A stretch of 64,000 bases of DNA from an uncultured Verrucomicrobiae bacterium (GTDB taxonomy: Bacteria > Verrucomicrobiota > Verrucomicrobiia > Opitutales > JABDGR01): NCBI GenBank assembly GCA_963765205.1, contig CAVXVB010000011.1, positions 96,001 through 160,000 on the forward strand. The letters are read 5' to 3'. Below are positions 1-8,639 of this stretch, one piece after another (position 1 is the first letter of the stretch; every line of letters begins with the position of its first letter). The notes beneath the pieces are model-generated. The model did not search any database. It saw nothing but the letters and a program-made list of their open reading frames with translations, and was not told the DNA's origin. The position numbers were made by a program, and so were the translations under genes.

Positions 1-2758
1 CCAGCCCCATCCCGGAGAACAAGCCCGCAAAACTTTGGCGCATGGTTTCGATCTGGCCCGAAAGCGTCACGGTGATCGCCTGCGACGGATCGGGGCGGTC
101 TTGGGCGATGACTTGATCAATGGCGTCGGCGGCGCTTTTCAAGTCGCGTCCCTGCACGTCGGCGTTCACGTCAAAAACCTGGCGAATGTTCAATTGCGAC
201 ATGACCATGGGCACCTTGCCCCGGCTGAATTGGGCCACATTCATAAGCAACTGGCCCTGCTTGTCGTTTTCGGTGGCCAGCGGCAACGTCCACAAATCCT
301 GCATCTCGCTGATATGGTAGGTCGGCGTCTGAACTACCAGGGGGTAGCTAACGCTATTGCGCGGGTTAAGCCAGAAATCTGGTGCAGTTTGCGCGCTCGA
401 ATTGAGCGCCACCAACAAACTATTGGCCGCGCTTTGCTGGTTGAGGCCCACTTGTTGGGCCATCGTTCGATCCACGTCAACTTTGACGGAAGGCGCGTCG
501 GGCACCTGGAACACGTGAGCATCCACCACTCCGGGAACATGATGAAGGTCTTTTGCCAGCTTGCTCGCGAGCGCGTAGTCCGCGTCGCTATCCGGCCCGG
601 AAACACGAATGTCAATCGGCGCGGGTTGCCCGAAATTCAAGACTTGATTGACGATGTCGGCGGGCTGAAAAAAGAATTGCAGTTCGGGAAATTGCTTGGG
701 CAGTTCGTTGCGCAAATCGGCGACGTGCTGGGCCGTGGGCGTGTGTTTTTTGTTTAAGGAAATGAGAATCTCCCCATCCATTGGCCCCACGGTGGCGGAA
801 TCGCTCAAGGCAATGTTGATGCCGCTGTAGGGCAGGCCGATGTTGTCGAGCATCACGTCAACTTGATTATTGCCGACAATTTTGCGGATGGCCGTCTCGA
901 CTTGCGCGAAATACGCCTGCGTCTGTTCCAGCCGGGTTCCGGGCGGGGCACGAACATGGAGACGCATTTGGCCGGCGTCCACGGCGGGAAAGAAATCCAT
1001 GCCAAGTCGGGGGAACAAGCAAAGCGAGGCCACCATCAGAATCAAAAAGAATAGGGCCGTCGGCCAGGGGGCGGAAGCGGCCCACGCGACCGTGTTGCGG
1101 TAAGCATCACGGAAGGCATGGAACCCGCGGTCAAAGGCGCGATGGATCGTGGAAACCGGATTGAATCGGCGCGTGACGGGTTCGGCGGTGCCCTTTTTGT
1201 GCCCATGATGCATGATGTGTGAACGCATCAAGTATTTGAAGAGCACCGGCACAAGCGTGAAAGAAAGCAGCAGGCTGGCGAGGAGGGATATGCAAACCGA
1301 AAGCGACATCGGCGAGAACAAATACTTGGCTGTCCCTTGCAACAAAAAGACCGGCACGAATACAATGCAGATCGCCAGCGTGGAAAGCAGGGTCGGGATG
1401 CCGATTTCCGTGACGCCCTCGATGATGCAATGTTCGAGCGTGTCCACCTTGCCATGCGGGTGCTTGGGGTTTTCGATGATTGTGTCGGGTAGATCGTCAA
1501 GTTTTCGGCGCATACCCAAATGTCGTTCGATGTTTTCAATGACGACGGTGCCATTATCCACCAAAATGCCCACGGCCAGGGCGAAGCCGCCCAAGGTCAT
1601 CGTGTTGAGAGTCTGCCCGTCGCAATACAAAACAAGTAACGCCGTGATAATGGAAAGGGGAATCGAGGCCAGGATGATCAAGGTGAGCCGGCCATTGCCC
1701 AGAAAGAGCAGGATCATCATGGCGGTCAGCGCCGCCGCCATCGTACCGCCCATAATCACGCTGCTCAAAGCCGCCTTGACGAAAATGGATTGATCAAAGA
1801 TCGGTTTGATGTCCACTCCCGCCGGCAGCAAGCGGCGAATATCCGGCAACGCAGCCTTGATGCCATCAATCACCGCCAGCGTGGAACTGTTGCCGGTTTT
1901 GCGGATCATCATGAGGCCGCCGGGCTGCCCGTTTTGCGAGACATAGTTGGTCTGTATTTGGTAGCCGTCATGCACATGCGCCACGTCGGAAACGAAAACC
2001 GTTTTGCCGTTGATCTCCTTGACCGGAAAATTGTTGATGTCTTGGATGACATCCGGGCTGTTGTTCATCGCCACCGCGTAATCCTTAACCCCCAGTTTTA
2101 CATCGCCGGAAGGCAAAATTACATTTTGGCGCTGCAAGGCGTCGCTGACATCTGAGGGGGAAAGACCGCGCGATTGCAACGCCTGCTGGTCAAGGTCCAC
2201 CATGATAACGCGCGGCTTGCCACCATACGGGTAGGGGATGGACGCCCCGCGCACGACGGCCAAATCCGGCCGGATAATGTTTTGCCCCAGGTCATTGAGT
2301 CGCGTATCGGTCAGGGAATTGCTGGAAAGGCTCAATTGGATGATCGGCACGTCGGTTGCGCCGTAACGCAAAACCAGCGGCGGGGTGATGTTGCGCGGCA
2401 TATACTTGAGCACGGTCAGGGCGCTGCTGGCCAATTGGGATACTGCTCGGCTCACGTCCGCGCCTTCATGCAGGTAAACTTTGATGACGCCGACGCCTTG
2501 ATAACTTGTCGCTTCAATGCGCTCAATGTCATCCACCAACGACGCCAGTTGCCGCTCATGCAGGGCCACAATCCGATTCTGGATTTCCTCGGCACTCATG
2601 CCGCTGTAAGTCCAAACCACGCTGACCACCGGGATGTTGATCTCGGGGAAAATGTCCGTGGGCATCCGTGTGGCCGATCCCAAGCCCAGCAGGCACACCA
2701 GAACCAACAGTGCGATCACTGTGTAAGGCCGCTTGAGCGCGAATTTGACGATGGCCAT
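1..2758 (-). CDS. RND efflux transporter permease subunit (AcrB/AcrD/AcrF family), 3' end runs off the window
   Basis: Not in the ORF track. Read manually from ATG at 2758: MAIVKFALKRPYT...PTDIFPEINIPVVSVVWTYSGMSAEEI...NTMTLGGFALAVGILVDNGTVVIENIERH, typical RND motifs. Confidence 0.92.
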   Translation of the reverse strand, partial: MAIVKFALKRPYTVIALLVLVCLLGLGSATRMPTDIFPEINIPVVSVVWTYSGMSAEEIQNRIVALHERQLASLVDDIERIEATSYQGVGVIKVYLHEGADVSRAVSQLASSALTVLKYMPRNITPPLVLRYGATDVPIIQLSLSSNSLTDTRLNDLGQNIIRPDLAVVRGASIPYPYGGKPRVIMVDLDQQALQSRGLSPSDVSDALQRQNVILPSGDVKLGVKDYAVAMNNSPDVIQDINNFPVKEINGKTVFVSDVAHVHDGYQIQTNYVSQNGQPGGLMMIRKTGNSSTLAVIDGIKAALPDIRRLLPAGVDIKPIFDQSIFVKAALSSVIMGGTMAAALTAMMILLFLGNGRLTLIILASIPLSIITALLVLYCDGQTLNTMTLGGFALAVGILVDNGTVVIENIERHLGMRRKLDDLPDTIIENPKHPHGKVDTLEHCIIEGVTEIGIPTLLSTLAICIVFVPVFLLQGTAKYLFSPMSLSVCISLLASLLLSFTLVPVLFKYLMRSHIMHHGHKKGTAEPVTRRFNPVSTIHRAFDRGFHAFRDAYRNTVAWAASAPWPTALFFLILMVASLCLFPRLGMDFFPAVDAGQMRLHVRAPPGTRLEQTQAYFAQVETAIRKIVGNNQVDVMLDNIGLPYSGINIALSDSATVGPMDGEILISLNKKHTPTAQHVADLRNELPKQFPELQFFFQPADIVNQVLNFGQPAPIDIRVSGPDSDADYALASKLAKDLHHVPGVVDAHVFQVPDAPSVKVDVDRTMAQQVGLNQQSAANSLLVALNSSAQTAPDFWLNPRNSVSYPLVVQTPTYHISEMQDLWTLPLATENDKQGQLLMNVAQFSRGKVPMVMSQLNIRQVFDVNADVQGRDLKSAADAIDQVIAQDRPDPSQAITVTLSGQIETMRQSFAGLFSGMGL

Positions 2759-3088
2759 AAAAACAAAGCGTCAAAGTTTTTACCGAATAATTCGTGGATG
2801 CTCGGGAAAATCATTTGGGGCAGCAACTCTTCTGCTGACCGCAAAATTTGCCAATAGTTGCTTACCACCGTTATTTCTTTACGCAAAGATGACAAGCAAG
2901 AATCTATTAAGTTCTATAAGCAAGGTCGCTTAACATAAAGCGAAATAGCCTAAATTAAAGCCCCTAATCTTGACAGGATTACATGTGTATTCGCCATAAA
3001 AAAACTCCCTATATAGTCTCTATTCCCTACGGTAATCGCCCCCATCGTTTCGCTCTGCGGAAGCATTAAGTTGGGTTCTTGACTCAAA

Positions 3089-3132
3089 AAGAAACCTTAA
3101 CGTAACATTGCGGACATAAATGCGTAACCTAG
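3089..3132 (+). promoter_or_regulatory. Pho-box-like tandem 11-bp direct repeats upstream of porin 1
   Basis: Units AAGAAACCTTA/ACGTAACATTG/CGGACATAAAT/GCGTAACCTAG with 11-bp period. 3111-3128 CGGACATAAATGCGTAAC resembles the PhoB box pattern CTGTCATA(A/T)A(A/T)CTGT(C/A)AY. Confidence 0.45.
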
Positions 3133-3189
3133 TTCAGTTAAAAGGTGCCGACGCGGGTCAACCTCCCGCTACCTAAGCAACTACAAAAC

Positions 3190-4707
3190 ATGAACTACAA
3201 CCTGCTCAAAACGCTCAGTGTGCTCACTGGGTGCGCCCTGTTCGGTGTTCTCACCGCCCAGGCCCAAGACAAAGCCACGCTCGACCTCCTGGTTAAAAAG
3301 GGGGTCATTAGCCAATCCGACGCGGATTCCATCGCGAAGACATCCGGAACGCCGATCGTCGCGACGAAGTCTTCCACCGTGCAAAAAATCCAACTCGAAG
3401 GCATGATCCAGTTCGATTACAATGATCTTACTGCAAGCGACGACACTAAAAACGCCAATCCGGTGGCCACCAACCAAATGTATTTCCGCCGCGTGATGAT
3501 GGGTGCCAAAGTGGATTTGGGCAATGATTGGGGTGGTGAAATTATGATGGACTTTGCCGCGGGCCAAATCGCCGACCAGCCGAAATCCGGCCTCTCTCCG
3601 CAAGCGTATCCCACAACCGCCTCTACCGTCGGTGGCCAGCAAGGGATCCAATACATTTCCCAGGATATGTTCGATAAAATTGCCATCACCAAACAGATTC
3701 CAGGCTATGGCCAGTTCGAGGCCGGGTATGACAAAACAAATTGGGTCCAGGAAGAGATGACTCCCACGTCGCAGTTGCCCGCCATAGAACGCTCCATCGC
3801 CACCCGTTACTTTGATGAGTATTATGGCTCGCAAACCGCGTATCGCCTGGCTTTTGGCCAGCGCCGCACCGGTTTGTTTTGGAATGGCACTGCTGATGGC
3901 ATTCCGGGGCTATACTATAGCGCGGCCCTCACCGACGGCATTCAAAGCCAGATCAACTTCACCAACGTGGGCGGCCTTGACAAAATCGGCGCTTGGACCG
4001 GTGCAGGGTTTAAGGGCAAGAATGACGACATGGGCCTGACCTACGACTTCGGCCTAAACCTCGGCTATTCCGGTGACGGCAACAGCCAAAACACGATCAA
4101 AAGTTCCGCGACCATATATTCGCCGTACACGGGATTGGCTGCTCCGGTCAACCAGACCGCCCAGTCGAATGATACCTATGGCTACAATCCCTACATCAAA
4201 GTGGCGGTGGGGAATTTCAGCCTGCTCGCGGAATTCTTCCAATCCCGGTTCGAAAATGGCCGTAGCACGATTCCCTACACCTCCACCCTTCTGACTGCCC
4301 AGGGGATCGACAGCGCAGCATGGCCCTACGGCATCAATATCATTCCCGTTTACAAGATCACCCCAGACTTAGATATTGACCTACGTCTGAGCTACCTGGA
4401 CACCAACGGTCGCGGCACCGACCAAAACGGTGTCATGTGGAACGCTCCCAATGATGTGGCCGGATCGATTAATGCGAACACGGGCTTGGTCACGGCCGGC
4501 CAATATGGCCCGCTGTTTGATAATGCCAAATCCATCTATCTCGGTTTCAATTGGGCGCTCAGCCCCGGGGTACGGTTTAGCGCCGGCGTCGAGCGCGTCT
4601 GGTTTAACGGCCGGCAGACTTACACCGCGACCAATGGCACGTCGGACTTCGATGGTCCCGGCACCGTCGCGAATAACATTCGCGCGCAACTCACGGTCTC
4701 CTGGTAA
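3190..4707 (+). CDS. Outer-membrane porin, OprO/OprP-like (porin 1)
   Basis: Signal peptide ending AQA-Q, N-terminal LDLLVKKG helix, FRRVMMGAK and LPAIERS motifs, amphipathic strands, C-terminal Trp. Start moved to ATG 3190. Confidence 0.75.
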   Translation: MNYNLLKTLSVLTGCALFGVLTAQAQDKATLDLLVKKGVISQSDADSIAKTSGTPIVATKSSTVQKIQLEGMIQFDYNDLTASDDTKNANPVATNQMYFRRVMMGAKVDLGNDWGGEIMMDFAAGQIADQPKSGLSPQAYPTTASTVGGQQGIQYISQDMFDKIAITKQIPGYGQFEAGYDKTNWVQEEMTPTSQLPAIERSIATRYFDEYYGSQTAYRLAFGQRRTGLFWNGTADGIPGLYYSAALTDGIQSQINFTNVGGLDKIGAWTGAGFKGKNDDMGLTYDFGLNLGYSGDGNSQNTIKSSATIYSPYTGLAAPVNQTAQSNDTYGYNPYIKVAVGNFSLLAEFFQSRFENGRSTIPYTSTLLTAQGIDSAAWPYGINIIPVYKITPDLDIDLRLSYLDTNGRGTDQNGVMWNAPNDVAGSINANTGLVTAGQYGPLFDNAKSIYLGFNWALSPGVRFSAGVERVWFNGRQTYTATNGTSDFDGPGTVANNIRAQLTVSW

Positions 4708-4758
4708 GCGGATTGCGCTAAAAAACGCAAACGTAGTTTTGTTTTGTTGACTGGTTTG

Positions 4759-4797
4759 GGCCGCCCGGTGGCATTTGCCGCCGGGCGGCCTTTTTAT
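4759..4797 (+). terminator. Rho-independent terminator after porin 1
   Basis: GGCCGCCCGGTGGCA-TT-TGCCGCCGGGCGGCC followed by TTTTTATT. Confidence 0.85.
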
Positions 4798-4889
4798 TTC
4801 TACTCGCCACGCCCGCTGTCATGAGGTCGCCGAGCAACATGGATGGGCGCAGCGATTTTACGCTCTTCTAAAAATGTGAAAATTATCGC

Positions 4890-4966
4890 TTGACGCCAAA
4901 GCAATCCTAATTATTTTAATCTATAGAGAATCAATAAGCTATAACTCTATATAAATTAAGGAGATT
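4890..4966 (+). promoter_or_regulatory. Sigma70-type promoter with two Rrf2 (CymR/IscR)-like boxes
   Basis: TTGACG (4890)-N16-TATTTT. Downstream boxes CTATAG-N7-ATAAGC (4921-4939) and CTCTAT-N7-AAGGAG (4945-4963). Confidence 0.45.
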
Positions 4967-4994
4967 AGATTCACAACCTCAATTCCAGAATGCC

Positions 4995-5231
4995 ATGCCA
5001 ACCAACACCAAACAGTCATCGTTAGTCGAGGCCATCCCCGACTGGATGGAACTCGTCTGTCGCCGGGCCGAAAGCCTGCGTGAAGGAAGAATCGCGCTTA
5101 GAGTGGAAGCCCGCCAGGTCACGGAAATTGCGTGTGAGGAAAAAACGAACATGTTTGTCTCTTCCTCGTTGGCAGATTGCGCTGAAGATAGCTACGAACA
5201 ATCGGTTTCCAGCCCATTGGTCAAGTCATAG
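4995..5231 (+). CDS. YezD/DUF2292 (OscA-like) small protein, divergent
   Basis: PDWMELVCRRAESLREGRIALRVEARQVTEIACEEKT matches the DUF2292 pattern W...V.SL..G.V.I.V....V..I...EK. The family is usually upstream of sulfur-uptake genes. Confidence 0.6.
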   Translation: MPTNTKQSSLVEAIPDWMELVCRRAESLREGRIALRVEARQVTEIACEEKTNMFVSSSLADCAEDSYEQSVSSPLVKS

Positions 5232-5289
5232 ACCGCTCGGTGTAAAAATGAAAACCACGATCCAATCGTCCTAAAATTTTGCCTTTAAA

Positions 5290-5326
5290 CTATATCTATT
5301 TAATGAACTCTATCTTTATATAAATA
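5290..5326 (+). promoter_or_regulatory. Further Rrf2-like box(es) upstream of porin 2
   Basis: CTATAT-N7-ATGAAC (5290-5308) and CTCTAT (5308) in an AT-rich patch, with the same half-site as 4921-4963. Confidence 0.35.
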
Positions 5327-5391
5327 AACGTATTTAACAACTCACTCTTTCACCCAATTCCGCCCTTTGAACTTTAGCCCAACTTTAATTT

Positions 5392-5463
5392 CCGACCGGT
5401 CCACCGGCGGATTCAACCAACCCACGCTCAAAACCATATCCAGCCTGACCGATCGATCGGAAG
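5392..5463 (+). promoter_or_regulatory. Twin 19-nt hairpin motif in the porin 2 leader
   Basis: CCGACCGGTCCACCGGCGG (5392-5410) and CTGACCGATCGATCGGAAG (5445-5463): same length, shared CYGA-CCGR-TCNA-YCGG pattern, compensatory G-C/A-T stem change. Confidence 0.55.
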
Positions 5464-5489
5464 CTGGAACCCGCACAACAAGACCCGTC

Positions 5490-6875
5490 ATGAACTCATC
5501 AACTAAACTGAATAGGTTCAGTTTCATTCGCGCTGTGACCAGCGTTGCCGGGATAGCGGCAACGTTGTTGCTCGCCTCCGCCAATCCCGCCCGCGCGCAG
5601 GATGAGGCGACGCTTGATCTCTTGGTCAAGAAGGGCCTGATTAGTCAGTCCGACGCCGATTCGGTGGCAAAATCGTCCGCTGCCGTCGTCGTCGCCAAAA
5701 ATCCTGATGTCCAAAAAATCAAGCTGCAAGGCATGATACAGTTCCAATACGACTGGGTCACGACCAAGGACAAGGCACCCAACTCCTCCGATCCGCCCGC
5801 TACTAATCAATTCGAGTTGCGCCACGTTTATCTTGGCGCGCAAGTGGACCTGGGCAACGGCTGGGGCGGGGAAATCCAGACGGACTTCGCCGCCACGGGC
5901 GCGACCCAAATGTCCGCCGCGCCGCAATCGCAAAACACCCAGAACTCCATCGAAAAGGCCATCATCACCAAAAAGGTGGATGGTTATGGGCTGGCGACCC
6001 TCGGCTTCCAAAAGACGCAGTTTTCCCAGGAAGAAAATACGCTGACTTCCGAAATTCTTCCGGTGGAACGTTCCATCGCGACCAATTACTTCACCCGCCC
6101 CTACGGCGGCCCGACGACCGGACGCCTCGGTTTTGGCAACCGCCTGGCGGGCGTTTATTGGGACGGCGTTCTGCCTGGCAATGGATTCTATTATGGGGGA
6201 GCGCTCACGACGGATATTGAGACCGCCGCCAGTCTGGGCGGCCCGGCCACGGGTGCTCCTTCCTATAATGAATTCGGTTATTGGGCCCATGCGGGCTACC
6301 AAGGCAAGCTTGATGACTTGGCCTACAAGGCCGGCCTCAATTTCGGCTACGCCGGAGACGCCAACAGCACGCCTGCTGCCGGAGCCATACCCGCCCAAAC
6401 CAACTCCATCTGGGGCTACAACCCGTATGTAAGTCTGTCCTATGATCACTTCGCGCTCACGGCGGAGTTTTTGCAAGCCGTCGTCGGAAACGGCCGGGCC
6501 GGTGCCGGAGGCAAAACGAGTGACGCCGCCCCTTACGGCTTGGTGATCACCCCTTCCTACAAAATCAACGATCAGTGGGAACTGGTGACACGGTTTAGCG
6601 AGTTGTCCACCAATGGGCGCGGCGCTACCATTAGCCAGCAAGAATGGAGCGGCGGGAATATAATTAATGCCGCCGGCACCTTCACCAATGACTTCGACAA
6701 TGTTTGGTCGGCCTATCTAGGCGTCAACTGGTATATCGTCGGCAACAGTGTCAAGTTGTCGGCGGGCTACGAGTATGCCCGATTTAGTGATCGGCAAACG
6801 GTGGCGAACGGCCCCTTCAACGGCGCTCCTGCTGAAGTGAGTTCCTTTCGCATGCGTTTGCAGTTTCTGTTTTGA
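5490..6875 (+). CDS. Outer-membrane porin, OprO/OprP-like (porin 2), paralogue of porin 1
   Basis: AQDEATLDLLVKKGLISQSDADSVAK vs AQDKATLDLLVKKGVISQSDADSIAK, ILPVERSIATNYF, C-terminal Phe. Start at ATG 5490. Confidence 0.78.
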   Translation: MNSSTKLNRFSFIRAVTSVAGIAATLLLASANPARAQDEATLDLLVKKGLISQSDADSVAKSSAAVVVAKNPDVQKIKLQGMIQFQYDWVTTKDKAPNSSDPPATNQFELRHVYLGAQVDLGNGWGGEIQTDFAATGATQMSAAPQSQNTQNSIEKAIITKKVDGYGLATLGFQKTQFSQEENTLTSEILPVERSIATNYFTRPYGGPTTGRLGFGNRLAGVYWDGVLPGNGFYYGGALTTDIETAASLGGPATGAPSYNEFGYWAHAGYQGKLDDLAYKAGLNFGYAGDANSTPAAGAIPAQTNSIWGYNPYVSLSYDHFALTAEFLQAVVGNGRAGAGGKTSDAAPYGLVITPSYKINDQWELVTRFSELSTNGRGATISQQEWSGGNIINAAGTFTNDFDNVWSAYLGVNWYIVGNSVKLSAGYEYARFSDRQTVANGPFNGAPAEVSSFRMRLQFLF

Positions 6876-6974
6876 GGGGCGCGGGCCGCGCAACCCAACG
6901 GAGGCGCAGTTTCCTTGCGGCCCCCTCAAATGAATCGGGGGGGCCGCATCGGCTCCCATAGCCCCATGTAACAT

Positions 6975-7004
6975 TTTCGATATATTTACTTGAATATATC
7001 GAAA
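6975..7004. promoter_or_regulatory. ModE-like operator palindrome
   Basis: Perfect 12-bp inverted repeat TTTCGATATATT-N6-AATATATCGAAA. Core CGATATAT-N8-ATATATCG fits the ModE consensus CGNTATAT-N8-ATATANCG. Confidence 0.7.
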
Positions 7005-7029
7005 CTTTCGCTTGTTCTGGCGGGCGACC

Positions 7030-8007
7030 ATGAAAAACCACCCCTGTTCCTCTCGTTCGCTCTCCGGCGCTGGCGCCACGCTCCCGCGCCCGCCTGTCGC
7101 GGTCAGCCGCCGCTCGCTCGTCCCGGCCACGGTGGCCAAAGTTGCCTCGGTGTTGGTTCTCGTCCTGGCGGCGACCCGCCCCGTCCACGCGCAAAGCGCT
7201 CCCGCCGCCAGCCTGTCCAACCTGACTTTATCCAACTTTTTCAGTGAAGGCTGGGATCAGCCGGATGTCAAACGGCCCAATCCGGGCGGCGCGCCGGATA
7301 TGGCGTTGCTGCGCGTGCAGACTAATTTTCTGGAGCAGGAATTCCGCACCGACTTCTATTCGCAACAGGACTTGAATAGTGCAAAAAACCGCACCATCAA
7401 TTTCGCCGATGCCTTGATAGCTTACGGCATAAACCGGCGCTTCATGGTCTCGGTGACCTCCAATTACGAATGGCTCAACTCCCGGATACCCAACAATGAC
7501 ACCGACGCCGCCAGTGTTGCCATCGCCGGAAGGTTTCAATTGATTGACATCCCTGGGTCGTCTTACGCCCTCAACGTGAAAGTCACTTCCCCGGCCAAAG
7601 ACATTGGCAACGATCTCTCCACGGTCACCTATTCGCTGGCCGGTTGGGAGGATTTGACGCCCTACGGATTGAGCCGGATGGGCCTCTACTTCGATGTCCT
7701 GGGAGATAATTACGTCGGCCCCCATACCATCGGTGCCAAGACAACCGACACTGCCTACGACGTATCCCTCGCCAAAACCTGGACGGAACCCAATGGCACG
7801 CTCCAAAACTTTACTACCTTCTTGGAACTTTATGGCACAACCAATCTGAGCGGAGGCGAAAGCGGCCAGACTGTGGTTACCCTGACTCCCGGCATTCGCA
7901 CCGGCATCGGTCATAATCAGGTGCTCATGTTCGGCGTGGACTTGCCGGTGAGCCACCCGCGCCCCTATAATTGGACGCCCAGACTCACTTACATCATCAA
8001 TTTTTAG
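7030..8007 (+). CDS. Exported outer-membrane beta-barrel protein, unrelated to porins 1 and 2
   Basis: Signal peptide ending VHA-Q, alternating hydrophobic strands, C-terminal LTYIINF. Confidence 0.65.
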   Translation: MKNHPCSSRSLSGAGATLPRPPVAVSRRSLVPATVAKVASVLVLVLAATRPVHAQSAPAASLSNLTLSNFFSEGWDQPDVKRPNPGGAPDMALLRVQTNFLEQEFRTDFYSQQDLNSAKNRTINFADALIAYGINRRFMVSVTSNYEWLNSRIPNNDTDAASVAIAGRFQLIDIPGSSYALNVKVTSPAKDIGNDLSTVTYSLAGWEDLTPYGLSRMGLYFDVLGDNYVGPHTIGAKTTDTAYDVSLAKTWTEPNGTLQNFTTFLELYGTTNLSGGESGQTVVTLTPGIRTGIGHNQVLMFGVDLPVSHPRPYNWTPRLTYIINF

Positions 8008-8077
8008 CGCGTGCATTGTGAAGGCCTAGACGGTCTGCGTCCTTTGCCATGAATGAGATCGTAACGAATCAAGCCCA

Positions 8078-8455
8078 TTGGGTCATTTCCAAATGGGTGA
8101 AGATTCCCATGCGTCCGGGAAGGCCAATGCCCGCTTGCGGCCATTTGTCCAGCACCCGCTCCTGGTTGTGCCGCTCTTTTCCGACAGTAATTATAGTTAT
8201 CCCAGCGGCCATGCCACCCGCTCGGAGTTGGAAGCGCGGATCCTGGGCACCCTGTTTCCCGCGCAAGCAGAGGCCTTGCTCAATCGCGCCCGGCAAATTG
8301 CGGATAGCCGGGTGGTCGCCGGGGTTCATTATGCCAGTGACACCGAAGCGGGCTTGACCCTGGGCGACCTGCTGTTTGCCGAACTGAAAGCGACCGACAA
8401 ATTCAAGCAGGACCTTTCGGCAGCGGCGGCACTGGATATTACAGCGCCAAAATGA
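8078..8455 (+). pseudogene. 5'-truncated PAP2/class A acid phosphatase
   Basis: RLRPF, SYPSGH and SRVVAGVHYASD motifs are present. Signal peptide and N-terminal half are missing; only a TTG start. Confidence 0.7.
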
Positions 8456-8639
8456 GCGACCGCTTCAGGTGTCGGACGGCACGGGTGGGTGCCCCTTTTT
8501 ACTTACAGTCGCCCCGCTCCCCGCTCGTCCTCCACTGATTATCCGCCGACGTAAAGAGGCGCGGAGGTCCAGGCGGATCGCATCCTGATTTTGCGTTTTG
8601 ATGTTGCCCGCGCGCGCCGGGCGAATTGCTATCTCAGGC

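Noticed and set aside
35..2857. Plus-strand ORFs at the window start
   Set aside because: They are antisense to the RND permease, which the ORF track missed because it runs off the edge.
6871..6930. Hairpin after porin 2 as an intrinsic terminator
   Set aside because: TTTGAGGGG...CCCCTCAAA can pair, but there is no following U-tract; function unclear.
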